Source: a virus. Taken from it: DNA of 64,000 nt. Below are positions 10,306-19,833 of the stretch, one piece after another. A program made the position numbers and the translations under genes. Under the pieces are notes generated by a model, which was not told the DNA's origin, ran no database searches, and saw only the letters and a list, made by a program, of their open reading frames with translations. Position 1 is the first letter of the stretch. Every line of letters begins with the position of its first letter. Location of the stretch: the IMG/VR virus record IMGVR_UViG_3300037553_000311, positions 28,685-92,684 of that record. One strand, written 5' to 3'.

Positions 10306-10440
10306 AAGGTATCAGATAATACTTGATACCTCCCACTGATCTTTGATTAGTAGAAGATATCAGATAATACTTGATACCTCCCACTGATCTAGCGATTAGT
10401 AGAAGGTATCAGATATAACCAGATGTACTTACTGATCTTA
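10301..10440 (+). repeat. Three tandem copies of the about 47-bp hairpin leader unit
   Basis: agtagaaggtatcagataatacttgatacctcccactgatct..gatt repeated; the third copy is degenerate. Confidence 0.85.
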
Positions 10441-10518
10441 GATGAGATAACGTATAGATTAATCTATACGTACACTAAAAGTCAGATATCTGACATGATA
10501 GCCTTAGGAGGGTAAGTT

Positions 10519-11655
10519 ATGAAAGTGAGTAATGAAGTAATGAATATCGATGGTAATGATGGATGTGATTTTGATGAGTTCTACGCAGTAGCTACTGACT
10601 CTAGTGGTAATACCATATGTGTTGGCGTTATCAAAACAGAAGGAGCTGGTGGTGATGATGCATTAGTAGTCAAGTATGATACTAATCTTAATGTACTAGC
10701 TAGGAAAATATATGGTGGTATTAATTTGGATGAGTTCAGTGGGGTAGTTATAGATTCCAATAACAACATCATATGTGTTGGGAATACTTATAGTGAAGAT
10801 AGTGGTATTGATGAAGCACTAGTAGTCAAGTTCGATCCTAACCTTGACATAATTGCTAAGAAAGTATACGGTGGTAGTGGTATTGATAGGTTCTATGAAG
10901 TAGTTACTGATGATAATGATAATATCATATGTGTTGGACGTACTGTTTCAGAAGGATCTGGTGATTATGATGCACTAGTAGTAAAGTTTGATAATGACCT
11001 TAACATACTAGCTAAGAGGATATATGATGGAGCTGGTAATTACCGATTCTATGAAGTAGCTACTGACTCTAATGGTAATATCATATGTGCTGGACGTACT
11101 CAAACAGAAGGAGCTGATTCTGATGTTGCTCTAGTAGTCAAGTACGATCCTAACCTTGACATAATTGCTAAGAAAATATATGATGGTAGTGGTGCTGATG
11201 CATTTTATACAGTAGCTACTGACTCTAATGATAATATCATATGTATTGGATGGACTGTCTCAGAAGAAACTGATTCTGATGAAGCACTAGTAGTCAAGTT
11301 CGATACTAACCTTAACATATTGACTAAGAAGATATATGATGGTATTGATTGGTTCAATGGAGTAGCTATAGACTCTAATGATAATATCATATGTGTTGGA
11401 CGTACTGCTTCAGGTAGTACGTCAGGAACTGGTAACCATGACACATTAGTAGTCAAGTTCGATCCTAACCTTGACATAATTACTAAGAAATTACATAATG
11501 ATGCAATTATTGATAGGTTCTATGAAGTAGTTACTGATGATAATGATAATATTATCTGTGTTGGACGTACTGTTTCAGAAGGATCTGGTAGTTTCGATGC
11601 ATCAGTAGTCAAATTTGATCCTAATCTTAATATGCTAGTTAATAAGATACAGTAG
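10519..11655 (+). CDS. Beta-propeller repeat protein (paralog family)
   Basis: Seven about 55-aa repeats YGGxGxDxFxxVATDSNxNIICVGxTxSEGxxxxDALVVKFD. Confidence 0.85.
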   Translation: MKVSNEVMNIDGNDGCDFDEFYAVATDSSGNTICVGVIKTEGAGGDDALVVKYDTNLNVLARKIYGGINLDEFSGVVIDSNNNIICVGNTYSEDSGIDEALVVKFDPNLDIIAKKVYGGSGIDRFYEVVTDDNDNIICVGRTVSEGSGDYDALVVKFDNDLNILAKRIYDGAGNYRFYEVATDSNGNIICAGRTQTEGADSDVALVVKYDPNLDIIAKKIYDGSGADAFYTVATDSNDNIICIGWTVSEETDSDEALVVKFDTNLNILTKKIYDGIDWFNGVAIDSNDNIICVGRTASGSTSGTGNHDTLVVKFDPNLDIITKKLHNDAIIDRFYEVVTDDNDNIICVGRTVSEGSGSFDASVVKFDPNLNMLVNKIQ

Positions 11656-11672
11656 TTGGATGTGATCTAAAT

Positions 11673-11720
11673 ATACATCATAGCATACCTATTACGGGTA
11701 TGCTATGATGTATTATTTTT
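11673..11720 (+). terminator. CATAGCATACC hairpin plus T tract
   Basis: Perfect stem followed by a T run. Confidence 0.8.
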
Positions 11721-11790
11721 TATGCACTCTCAGCATGAGCAATAAGTATCTACTACTCATAATAGTGTGATCTATTAGTAGCTTACTATT

Positions 11791-11813
11791 TGAGGTATAT
11801 ATCATCATAGTAG
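11791..11813 (+). promoter_or_regulatory. Putative early promoter
   Basis: tgaggtatatatcatcatagtag. Confidence 0.6.
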
Positions 11814-11949
11814 AAGGTATCATATAATACTTGATGCATCTCTACTGATCTTCGATTAGTAAGTATATCAGATACTACTTTGATATACTACCTGATCTTC
11901 GATGAGATAAGCATATCAGATAAACGTCAAATACACGGAGGATATCATA

Positions 11950-12543
11950 ATGATGACAGATGACACTACGATTGATAATGTAGGTAAGGTCGGAGCGATT
12001 GTTTGGGATGATGAATTATTATCATCTAGTGAAGTAGCTAGTAAATTATCAATCACTAAGAAGTATCTACAAAAGCTATATAGTTCAGGATGTAACACTG
12101 AAGCTAAATTACGACAGTGGAAGAGATCTCAGGGTAATAAAGAAGATATCATCATATATAATACTACCAATGGTGAACTATCTCTATCTGAGATAATAGA
12201 TAAGCATCATTATGTAATCGACCGTGTGATACTACTAAAACGTATCGATGATTATGGTGAAGATAGTGAAGCTATCTGGTTACCAGTAAATCATGTTCAA
12301 TTCAAACGATGCTTATCTGAGTTCGGAATCGAATACGTATCTCATACGTCGAATTACCAGGTGATACGAGATGTAAAATTCGATCGAACTAATCACTGTG
12401 CTAGAGTCTATGGGTTCAGATATACATGTGAACATTATAATGATTGTCAAGAATACCGACTAGTGAATAAAACACATCATCCACGTTACGTTAAGGATAA
12501 ATGTTTCGTGAATAGTGAGTTAGAAGTTAATATGACATCTTGA
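11950..12543 (+). CDS. Hypothetical protein with Cys/His-rich C-terminus
   Basis: GGAGG RBS; lies downstream of a promoter/leader module. Confidence 0.75.
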   Translation: MMTDDTTIDNVGKVGAIVWDDELLSSSEVASKLSITKKYLQKLYSSGCNTEAKLRQWKRSQGNKEDIIIYNTTNGELSLSEIIDKHHYVIDRVILLKRIDDYGEDSEAIWLPVNHVQFKRCLSEFGIEYVSHTSNYQVIRDVKFDRTNHCARVYGFRYTCEHYNDCQEYRLVNKTHHPRYVKDKCFVNSELEVNMTS

Positions 12544-12635
12544 TAAATGTCAATCACCCACCTACGCATATGACATGCGTAGGTGGGTATAAATCATTTG
12601 TAGTATAAATTACAACTATATTAGAGGATAGTATA

Positions 12636-12968
12636 ATGCAGGTAATCAACATGACACCATATGTAATCAGTATATTGAATTCAGATAGCATGGTAATAAC
12701 TAAGCTCAAACCATCAGGTAATACAGTAAGATTAGTCAGTACCACTAGTCGTATGGATGTTGTATATTCTGGTAATATTCCTATACCACTGACAGCTACA
12801 GTATTTGGTGAACCTGAAGGCTTACCAAATACTGTAGCTGGTATAGTGTATATAGTCGATGCTTCTGTGAAAGATAAGTATCCAGAAAGAGATGATCTAG
12901 TAACACCAAATGAACCAGTGCGTAATAGACTAGGTAATATCATCGGGTACTGTAGTCTACGTATCTAA
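12636..12968 (+). CDS. Hypothetical protein, homolog of 39793-40119
   Basis: INMTPY/VNLTSH...PSG...LP....G..YIV...DLV.P..R...G.I.G pattern shared with 39793-40119; GAGG RBS. Confidence 0.75.
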   Translation: MQVINMTPYVISILNSDSMVITKLKPSGNTVRLVSTTSRMDVVYSGNIPIPLTATVFGEPEGLPNTVAGIVYIVDASVKDKYPERDDLVTPNEPVRNRLGNIIGYCSLRI

Positions 12969-12988
12969 TCACCTGTCCTCATATGATA

Positions 12989-13894
12989 CTACTTTTTAAT
13001 CAATGCTGCTGATTTCACTGATCCCAGTACGCCAACTAACCAATGTTCAGTATGATGTAACTCTTTAATGCTCATCCCATAAGTATTAATCAAATCACCA
13101 GTATCTCTTACTACAGTAGCTACCTTCTTTAATTTAGAGATATCTACCTTACTAATATCCACATTAGATAGTATCTTATATGTATTATCTAGTACCTTAT
13201 ATAGTTTACGTAATACCTTCTCAGATGATATTGCATCGTTAAATTCACCACTACTCTTCAAGCATGTATCTACTGATGTCTTTAACGCTACATTACTGTT
13301 AAACATCGTACCAAATCTAGTAAGTTTATTAGGTAATTTCACTATCACTATATCCTGTATCTTATGGGATACTTCAGATACTATATCCACCATATTGTTA
13401 TTATCCAATGTATCAAGTATAGTGACAGCATGTTCCATATCATCTGATTTGATGCATTTATTAAATGAAGTATAGTTAGTTAACATCTCTTTAGAGCGTG
13501 ATAACATGTTGAAATCTACCATTACCTTATTCATGTATCTGGTAAGATCTTCAGGTGCTAACGTGAATGGTATCGTAGGACACATGACAGTGCGGATCTT
13601 AGAGTAATCTACACGATATGTCAATTTAGTAGCTGTCTTATTACTAGAGATGTATCCTTCTAATTCACTACGTCGTACGTTTTTTAGGAATGATGTTAAG
13701 TTAGTACCTATATTAGATAATACTTTCCTCAAGTAGTCTGATAGTGCGATTAAGATTCTACTAGCTACATTGACTAAACCCTCTAATGATACAGACTCTT
13801 TACACCTATCATAGTTAATGAATAATGCATCTAATTCAGTGAGTAATTCAGCTTCAGTTCGTTCATAATTGGTAGACAATTCAGGTAACAGCAT
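12989..13894 (-). CDS. Putative internal head protein
   Basis: N-terminal VSLEG, an S-x-E prohead protease-type site; helical composition. Confidence 0.55.
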   Translation of the reverse strand: MLLPELSTNYERTEAELLTELDALFINYDRCKESVSLEGLVNVASRILIALSDYLRKVLSNIGTNLTSFLKNVRRSELEGYISSNKTATKLTYRVDYSKIRTVMCPTIPFTLAPEDLTRYMNKVMVDFNMLSRSKEMLTNYTSFNKCIKSDDMEHAVTILDTLDNNNMVDIVSEVSHKIQDIVIVKLPNKLTRFGTMFNSNVALKTSVDTCLKSSGEFNDAISSEKVLRKLYKVLDNTYKILSNVDISKVDISKLKKVATVVRDTGDLINTYGMSIKELHHTEHWLVGVLGSVKSAALIKK

Positions 13895-14052
13895 TGTGGA
13901 TTCTCTCCTAGTTGTAATAAAGTATTAATTGTTATAGCCTTATAGCTATATAATAAAGTATATGAGTATTATACGCAACCTATATGATTAACTAACTTAG
14001 CTAGGTAGGTACTTATTTTTAAGTATCAGTAGAAGTGCCATCTCAACAACTT

Positions 14053-14075
14053 TCAGGTATATATTAAGATAGTAG
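14053..14075 (+). promoter_or_regulatory. Putative early promoter (variant)
   Basis: tcaggtatatattaagatagtag. Confidence 0.6.
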
Positions 14076-14085
14076 TATAGGATAT

Positions 14086-14227
14086 TAAGAGTGGTTCTTA
14101 GTATCTAAGTAGTACCTAGTCTTTAGTTCCTAGGTTGAAAAGAACGATGAGTTAGTGCGTAAACTTACCAGTACAACTACTGGGCTGATAACGCATACAA
14201 GTACCTTAGGAGGGTATGAATATGAAA
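14086..14227 (+). repeat. Conserved about 140-bp structured leader B, copy 1
   Basis: Near-identical to 39661-39804 and 43964-44101. Confidence 0.9.
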
Positions 14228-14443
14228 TATCAAATCAAGATAGAAACTGGCAATGACGTGATCGACATCAATATTGAGATGAGTTTAAAAGAAGCAATCG
14301 CCCTATCACGGGAATCTGAAGCGGTTATATACCGCTTCTGCAAAGAGTCTGATATCAAGATTACCGACATCGGTGAGCTCTTCAGTACTGCCATGTCGAA
14401 ACTGAAGGAACGCATGAAGCGTTCCTCCTCCTCCAAAGAGTAG
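14216..14443 (+). CDS. Small hypothetical cassette protein (true start probably 14222)
   Basis: Follows CCTTAGGAGGG; followed by a strong hairpin at 14449-14486. Confidence 0.75.
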   Translation: MNMKYQIKIETGNDVIDINIEMSLKEAIALSRESEAVIYRFCKESDIKITDIGELFSTAMSKLKERMKRSSSSKE

Positions 14444-14676
14444 TACCTCCCCCCAACTTATCTAGTAGTATTAGATAAGTTGGGGGTTACTACTTTATTA
14501 TTTTTTTATAATAACTATTCATAGCTACTAGACTAGGTTATATAGTGAAATTATTTATCATAGAACCTCATAATCTTATAGATCAGGTAGTATATCGAGT
14601 AGTGTCTGATATGCTATCTAATCACTAGATCAGGTGTCTGTTTTTTGTAATCTAATAATACACGGAGAATGTAATC

Positions 14677-16026
14677 ATGTCGCTACTAACTAGTCTAAAT
14701 AATAAAGATCTATCTCTAGGTAGATTTAGCCTTAACACTGGAACTCATTTTGATATAGCTACTGGTAAGTTCATCCCAGGTAAGGTGAAAAATAAATCCA
14801 CTATGATACTCAATGGTGGATTAGCTATGACTAACGCTATCACTGGTAGAGAACAAACATTTAAGTCATCTGTAGCTATAGGGTATTTTGTTAGAGCTAT
14901 CAAGAACTACGAGAAATCTATTGGTGTAGTATATGATTCAGAGATATCCATAGCTGGAGTCGAACGAGTTATCCAATTAGGTGGAGCTGATCCGTTACCT
15001 AACGATCCGTTGTATGATCGCATTGAACTTTTCGATAAGACTCATGCTGACTTAGGTCAAGTATTTAAAGTAGTGCAAGATATAGCACGTAATAAAGAAA
15101 AGCATCGTAAAGATCTCATAGAAGAGACACCATTTATAGATCGTCACGGTAAGTTCTTAAAGGCATGGCGACCTACTTTAGTATTGATTGATAGCTTCTC
15201 AGCAGGTGAATTCACTAAGCAAGCTGAAGTATTTGAACAATATACAGTAGGTGATGCTAAAACTAATACAGTATATATGGGTGACGGTAATGCTAAAACT
15301 CAGTTCATGAGTCAGCTACCAGCATTAGCAGCTAAAGGTATCTACTTTATATTGACAGCCCATATAGGTGATAAGATCAAGATGGACCCATATGCTGCTA
15401 GTAATAAAGACTTACCACATATGAGAGGATCAGATCATATCAAGCGAGTAGGTACACAATTCACATTCCAGTCTAATAATCTACTAGAGACTAGAAAGGT
15501 AGGTATACTCCAAGATACTAATAAGAAATGTCAATACCCTCACGATTCAGGTTCACCTGTTGAGCTACAAGAGATAATTTCTATAATATGTCGTTGTAAG
15601 AATAATGTATCTGGCTCTATCGTACATCATATCAGTTCTCAGTATTATGGGATACAGGAGTACTTGGAATACTTTAATCTCATCAAGAATAGTAAGACGT
15701 CATTAATGTCAGGTACTCTCACGTACAAGTTAGGATTTGGTGATTGGGAATTTAACCGTAAGAATATTAGACAGCTCATTAAAGATGATTATGAGTTTCG
15801 TAGGACATTAGAGATACTAGGACAGTTTTTATATATACGTAATAACTGGAACTTACCTGAAGTATCATCGATTGGATATGTTGAGTTCTGTAAGAAGCTT
15901 ACAGAGGCTAATAGTAAATCATCTGATATAATTAACAGTACTGGAATCTGGTCATTTAATGCAGATAAACAAGACCGTAGTTATATGTCTATATTAGACA
16001 TAGTAGCTCTGATCAATCAAAAATAA
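14677..16026 (+). CDS. uvsX: RecA/UvsX-like recombinase (phiKZ-type)
   Basis: Walker A GREQTFKS, YDSEIS, Walker B LIDSFS, FILTAH and KNN. Confidence 0.8.
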   Translation: MSLLTSLNNKDLSLGRFSLNTGTHFDIATGKFIPGKVKNKSTMILNGGLAMTNAITGREQTFKSSVAIGYFVRAIKNYEKSIGVVYDSEISIAGVERVIQLGGADPLPNDPLYDRIELFDKTHADLGQVFKVVQDIARNKEKHRKDLIEETPFIDRHGKFLKAWRPTLVLIDSFSAGEFTKQAEVFEQYTVGDAKTNTVYMGDGNAKTQFMSQLPALAAKGIYFILTAHIGDKIKMDPYAASNKDLPHMRGSDHIKRVGTQFTFQSNNLLETRKVGILQDTNKKCQYPHDSGSPVELQEIISIICRCKNNVSGSIVHHISSQYYGIQEYLEYFNLIKNSKTSLMSGTLTYKLGFGDWEFNRKNIRQLIKDDYEFRRTLEILGQFLYIRNNWNLPEVSSIGYVEFCKKLTEANSKSSDIINSTGIWSFNADKQDRSYMSILDIVALINQK

Positions 16027-16038
16027 GATGGAGTAGTT

Positions 16039-17898
16039 ATGTTCATATTGCAGAATAATATCCCACTGACTAAAGTTGGGTCAGTATATAAGTATAATTT
16101 AGGATTTGAGACATTAGTAGTAACTGATCCATCATTAGTGATTGATAGATTGAACTACAGAATAGATCGGACTATCGGTCTGAGTCGTAGTTATGATCAC
16201 ATGATGAACCTTAATATATCAGCTAAGGTATCTATCACATCCGATCCATTTGAATATACATGTACTAGTGATACTACCAGATTATTAGCTATCGAACAGA
16301 TAGTCTCTCATGATGGTGAGATCATAGATATCGCATCTAACGTAGGTACTGTAGAGTATCACACATATAGTATCAAGTCGAATGATATATATGGTAGTGA
16401 AATAGCTGGAGCACTTATCAATGTCACTGTACCAGAAGACGCTACAGATATCATATTGACAGTGACATCTACTCTGACTAATGATACAGGTACTACTGAA
16501 CATGTCACATATCTATCTACAGGTGAGGTAGCTACTGGTACTGGAGGTACTGGGGCTACTGGAGCTACTGGAGCTACTGGAGCCGATGGGAGAGATGGAA
16601 TAGATGGAATAGATGGAATAGATGGAATAGATGGAGTCGATGGGAGAGATGGAGTCGATGGTGCTGATGGTGCTGATGGAATAGATGGAATAGGTGGAGT
16701 GGGAGCATTACCACCGACTGCACCATTACTAGATATCCCATTCAAGATTAATATGGATACTTCCCAAGGTAATATAGTAACTAATTATATCAGAAATTCA
16801 CCAGCTACTCACATTGACCGGTATGGTATGATGATAAGTAGTGATGTAAATACACCAAGATTTACTAAAAATGGGATGATGCGTGAAGGTGTCGGTACTA
16901 ACTATTTTCTTAATAGTAACTCACTTAACGCATATACACTAACTAACGCTACTCAGTCAATCGGCTATGATAGTGTATTAGCTATAGATGTAACTAACGT
17001 AGATAAAGACGGACAATCACCTTGGACATTAGATGCTGATACTACATTACCTATCAGTGATCATACTGATGTGACATATAGTGTCAGATTACGTACAAGT
17101 GATCCATTATCTGTAGAGATGCAGATATTAGATGATGCCGGTGTAGTACTAGCTTCATCTATAATCACTACTAGTGATACGACCGAATTATATACAGTAT
17201 CAGCAGATATATCTAATATATCATCAGGTACTGTATCAGTGAAGCTCATTCCAGATAGTAATTCATCAGTATCTCGATTAGTAGTAGCTACATCTCAAGT
17301 GGAACCATTACCATTTGTATCTAGTTTCATACTTACTACTGATACACACATGACTCGTGAAATGGAATCGATCGTTATCAGTTATGATGATAATTTCCCT
17401 AGTAATGATCATGGTGTCACTGTACTCCTCGATGTATATATTAGAGGTACGTTACCATCACTAGATTCATGCTTCACATCAGGTAGTCTATCTATGTATA
17501 TATCAGATCATGGTAGTAGTGTTCCTGTAGCTAAAGCTGCCATATCGGAAACTGATAGTACAGGTACATATCCTATTAATAATAAACTTAGAATGGGAGT
17601 AGTATATGATCCAGATAATAATCTACTACAGTTATATGTAGATGGTGTAATTGTCGATACTACAAACATCACAGGTGATACTGATGTACCATTAGGTTCT
17701 GGGATGTCTCTTAGTGATTTCTTTACTCAGGTCTATGATGGTAGTTATACTGATGATACATCTCCAGTACTATTACAGGGTAATGTTGACTTTCAATCAG
17801 CATTACTTATGATAGGTTCAGAGTTTACATTTATGGAATTTAGTAACTTAAGAGTAATATCTGAAGTATGTAGTGAAGTACAGATGATGAATTTATAA
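16039..17898 (+). CDS. Collagen-repeat tail fibre or head fibre-like protein with carbohydrate-binding/LamG-like C-terminus
   Basis: G-X-Y repeats at about 16535-16705; PRF....G...EG..TN and QVE....SSFI.T...TR fibre motifs; LQLYVDG. Confidence 0.7.
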   Translation: MFILQNNIPLTKVGSVYKYNLGFETLVVTDPSLVIDRLNYRIDRTIGLSRSYDHMMNLNISAKVSITSDPFEYTCTSDTTRLLAIEQIVSHDGEIIDIASNVGTVEYHTYSIKSNDIYGSEIAGALINVTVPEDATDIILTVTSTLTNDTGTTEHVTYLSTGEVATGTGGTGATGATGATGADGRDGIDGIDGIDGIDGVDGRDGVDGADGADGIDGIGGVGALPPTAPLLDIPFKINMDTSQGNIVTNYIRNSPATHIDRYGMMISSDVNTPRFTKNGMMREGVGTNYFLNSNSLNAYTLTNATQSIGYDSVLAIDVTNVDKDGQSPWTLDADTTLPISDHTDVTYSVRLRTSDPLSVEMQILDDAGVVLASSIITTSDTTELYTVSADISNISSGTVSVKLIPDSNSSVSRLVVATSQVEPLPFVSSFILTTDTHMTREMESIVISYDDNFPSNDHGVTVLLDVYIRGTLPSLDSCFTSGSLSMYISDHGSSVPVAKAAISETDSTGTYPINNKLRMGVVYDPDNNLLQLYVDGVIVDTTNITGDTDVPLGSGMSLSDFFTQVYDGSYTDDTSPVLLQGNVDFQSALLMIGSEFTFMEFSNLRVISEVCSEVQMMNL

Positions 17899-17961
17899 CA
17901 CACTATCCTACTTGATCACACTAATGTTAGTGTGATCAAGTAGTCTCTCTTTTTTTTAGAT

Positions 17962-19578
17962 TTAGAGTAGTGCTTCTAAGTAACTAGCTTTAGTTATTAC
18001 ATGATATGCGTTTTTATTAGTCATTACGCTAATAAAATTTCTACCACCTTCAGTCAACTCACCATATATGGTATTATTAGTTTCACCAGCAGCTATAGCA
18101 AATGCTTGGTTTAGATGTATAGACCAACCACGATCAATAGTATTCATCTCATTAAACCCTGGATCAGTGGTGCTAAAATCTCGATATGTTGAATGAGCTT
18201 CTCGTAATGATGTACCGTCGTTATGAGCTAACCCGACTACACCGATTATATATTTATCATAAGCTACTGTCATCATCTCTAAAGTAGAGTTGAGAACTAA
18301 TTCAGATGTTACTATATCTACTTTAGTTTTTAAATTGATATAATCTGTAATAGATGGGTGGATATCGGTATTGGTCAATTGTGTGATATCATCATATAGC
18401 GGTATCAGGTAGTACTGATTCACAACGAACAATTCAGGAAAACGTGATTTCCATACTGGTAGACTACCTAATCCACTATCTATGAGTAAATTTATTATAA
18501 CTTGTCTAGCTTCTATAAAGTTTAGCTCTCTACCACGGTACATTATGTTAAATGTAAGGTACCTTGATTGGTTATCAAATACATGTAATGTAGTGAATGT
18601 TTGCATACCAGATTGATCATCGGTAGTAAGGCCAGGTACTAGAATATTATTAGCTGTAGATCTAGATAAGATAGCTGAATCAAATGGATCGGATAGATGA
18701 GATGGATCTAATAATGTCTCTAATGGTAATGGTGGTACGACTGAGAGTACAGTGAAAAGAGGATAATCGTTCCTAAATGGAGCTCTACCAAACCATGCAG
18801 TCAACTCTAGTATTTCACCACCTTTATCGAATGAGAAAGTACCCCAGCTAGGAACATGTCTATGTAAGTTTACATCGTCATGTACATGTAAGATATCACA
18901 TGTATTAGATATATCTATTGAGCTTGCAACATACCCAGTAAATGATACATCTGATGTAAGTACATTATCGATATCGACTAAGGTATCATCTGGAATAGTA
19001 CCATAGTTCAGGTACTCGATGATATTGAATAGGTACTCTTTATCTTGTTCAGTGAGACTCTCAATGAGAGTTATCTCAGATGCTTCCAGTTTAGTATGAT
19101 CAAATGTGAGATTGTATTTACGATTAGATGTTATGACTACAGGTGTAGATAGTAATGTCTCATTAGCCATTCCAACTAATGTAGTATTATCATATACCAT
19201 CTTAGGATGTACATCATTTACATCATCATATAACGTAGCATATGACCAAGCTGTGACAGCGTCAGTTAGTGAATCATATTGCATCATCGTTACTGTAAAT
19301 GGATCAGCGATATTACCGTAGCTATCGATGATATCAGGTATCATCAGATTACCTATTGTGGTATCATCATTATTGTGAAAAGATTGTCTATATACGATAG
19401 GTAATCTTTGAGTTCTAGTATCTGTAAACTCAATAGGTTGAACCATATGTTCAATCATTTCACGATCAAGGTAGCCACATGGGATAGTTGTAGTTTCTAG
19501 ATTTAATAAGGTGATGTTGGGATCAAATACTGATCCATCAGATACGAAGCTATGAATTGCCATAAGAGTTATCTCCAT
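17962..19578 (-). CDS. Putative virion structural protein
   Basis: 538-aa ORF in the structural cluster; W...FPELF motif. Confidence 0.55.
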   Translation of the reverse strand: MEITLMAIHSFVSDGSVFDPNITLLNLETTTIPCGYLDREMIEHMVQPIEFTDTRTQRLPIVYRQSFHNNDDTTIGNLMIPDIIDSYGNIADPFTVTMMQYDSLTDAVTAWSYATLYDDVNDVHPKMVYDNTTLVGMANETLLSTPVVITSNRKYNLTFDHTKLEASEITLIESLTEQDKEYLFNIIEYLNYGTIPDDTLVDIDNVLTSDVSFTGYVASSIDISNTCDILHVHDDVNLHRHVPSWGTFSFDKGGEILELTAWFGRAPFRNDYPLFTVLSVVPPLPLETLLDPSHLSDPFDSAILSRSTANNILVPGLTTDDQSGMQTFTTLHVFDNQSRYLTFNIMYRGRELNFIEARQVIINLLIDSGLGSLPVWKSRFPELFVVNQYYLIPLYDDITQLTNTDIHPSITDYINLKTKVDIVTSELVLNSTLEMMTVAYDKYIIGVVGLAHNDGTSLREAHSTYRDFSTTDPGFNEMNTIDRGWSIHLNQAFAIAAGETNNTIYGELTEGGRNFISVMTNKNAYHVITKASYLEALL

Positions 19579-19833
19579 TATTGTGATATATTAAATGAAC
19601 AAGGTATCATTATAAATGATATAGTGGTAGTGATGCTTGAAATCATATTACCACTATACTATTATGAGTATGTCACTGTAAGTATATGTACTCATAATTA
19701 TAAGAAGTACTAAGCATGAATGATCTGTCACTGGTCTTTGACTATCTTCCATATGGGAGTGAAATTGAGTTACAGGCTAATATCTGTAGTGAATCTTGAA
19801 AATAATCTTAATATCATCACTAGGAGTACATAT

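Noticed and set aside
10301-10440. Tandem 47-bp repeats as a CRISPR array
   Set aside because: No unique spacers, at most three units, and no cas genes.
14216-14227. Shared MNMK N-terminal peptide as a targeting signal
   Set aside because: The first ATG is only about 2 nt from GGAGG, so the second ATG is the probable start and MN belongs to the RBS spacer.
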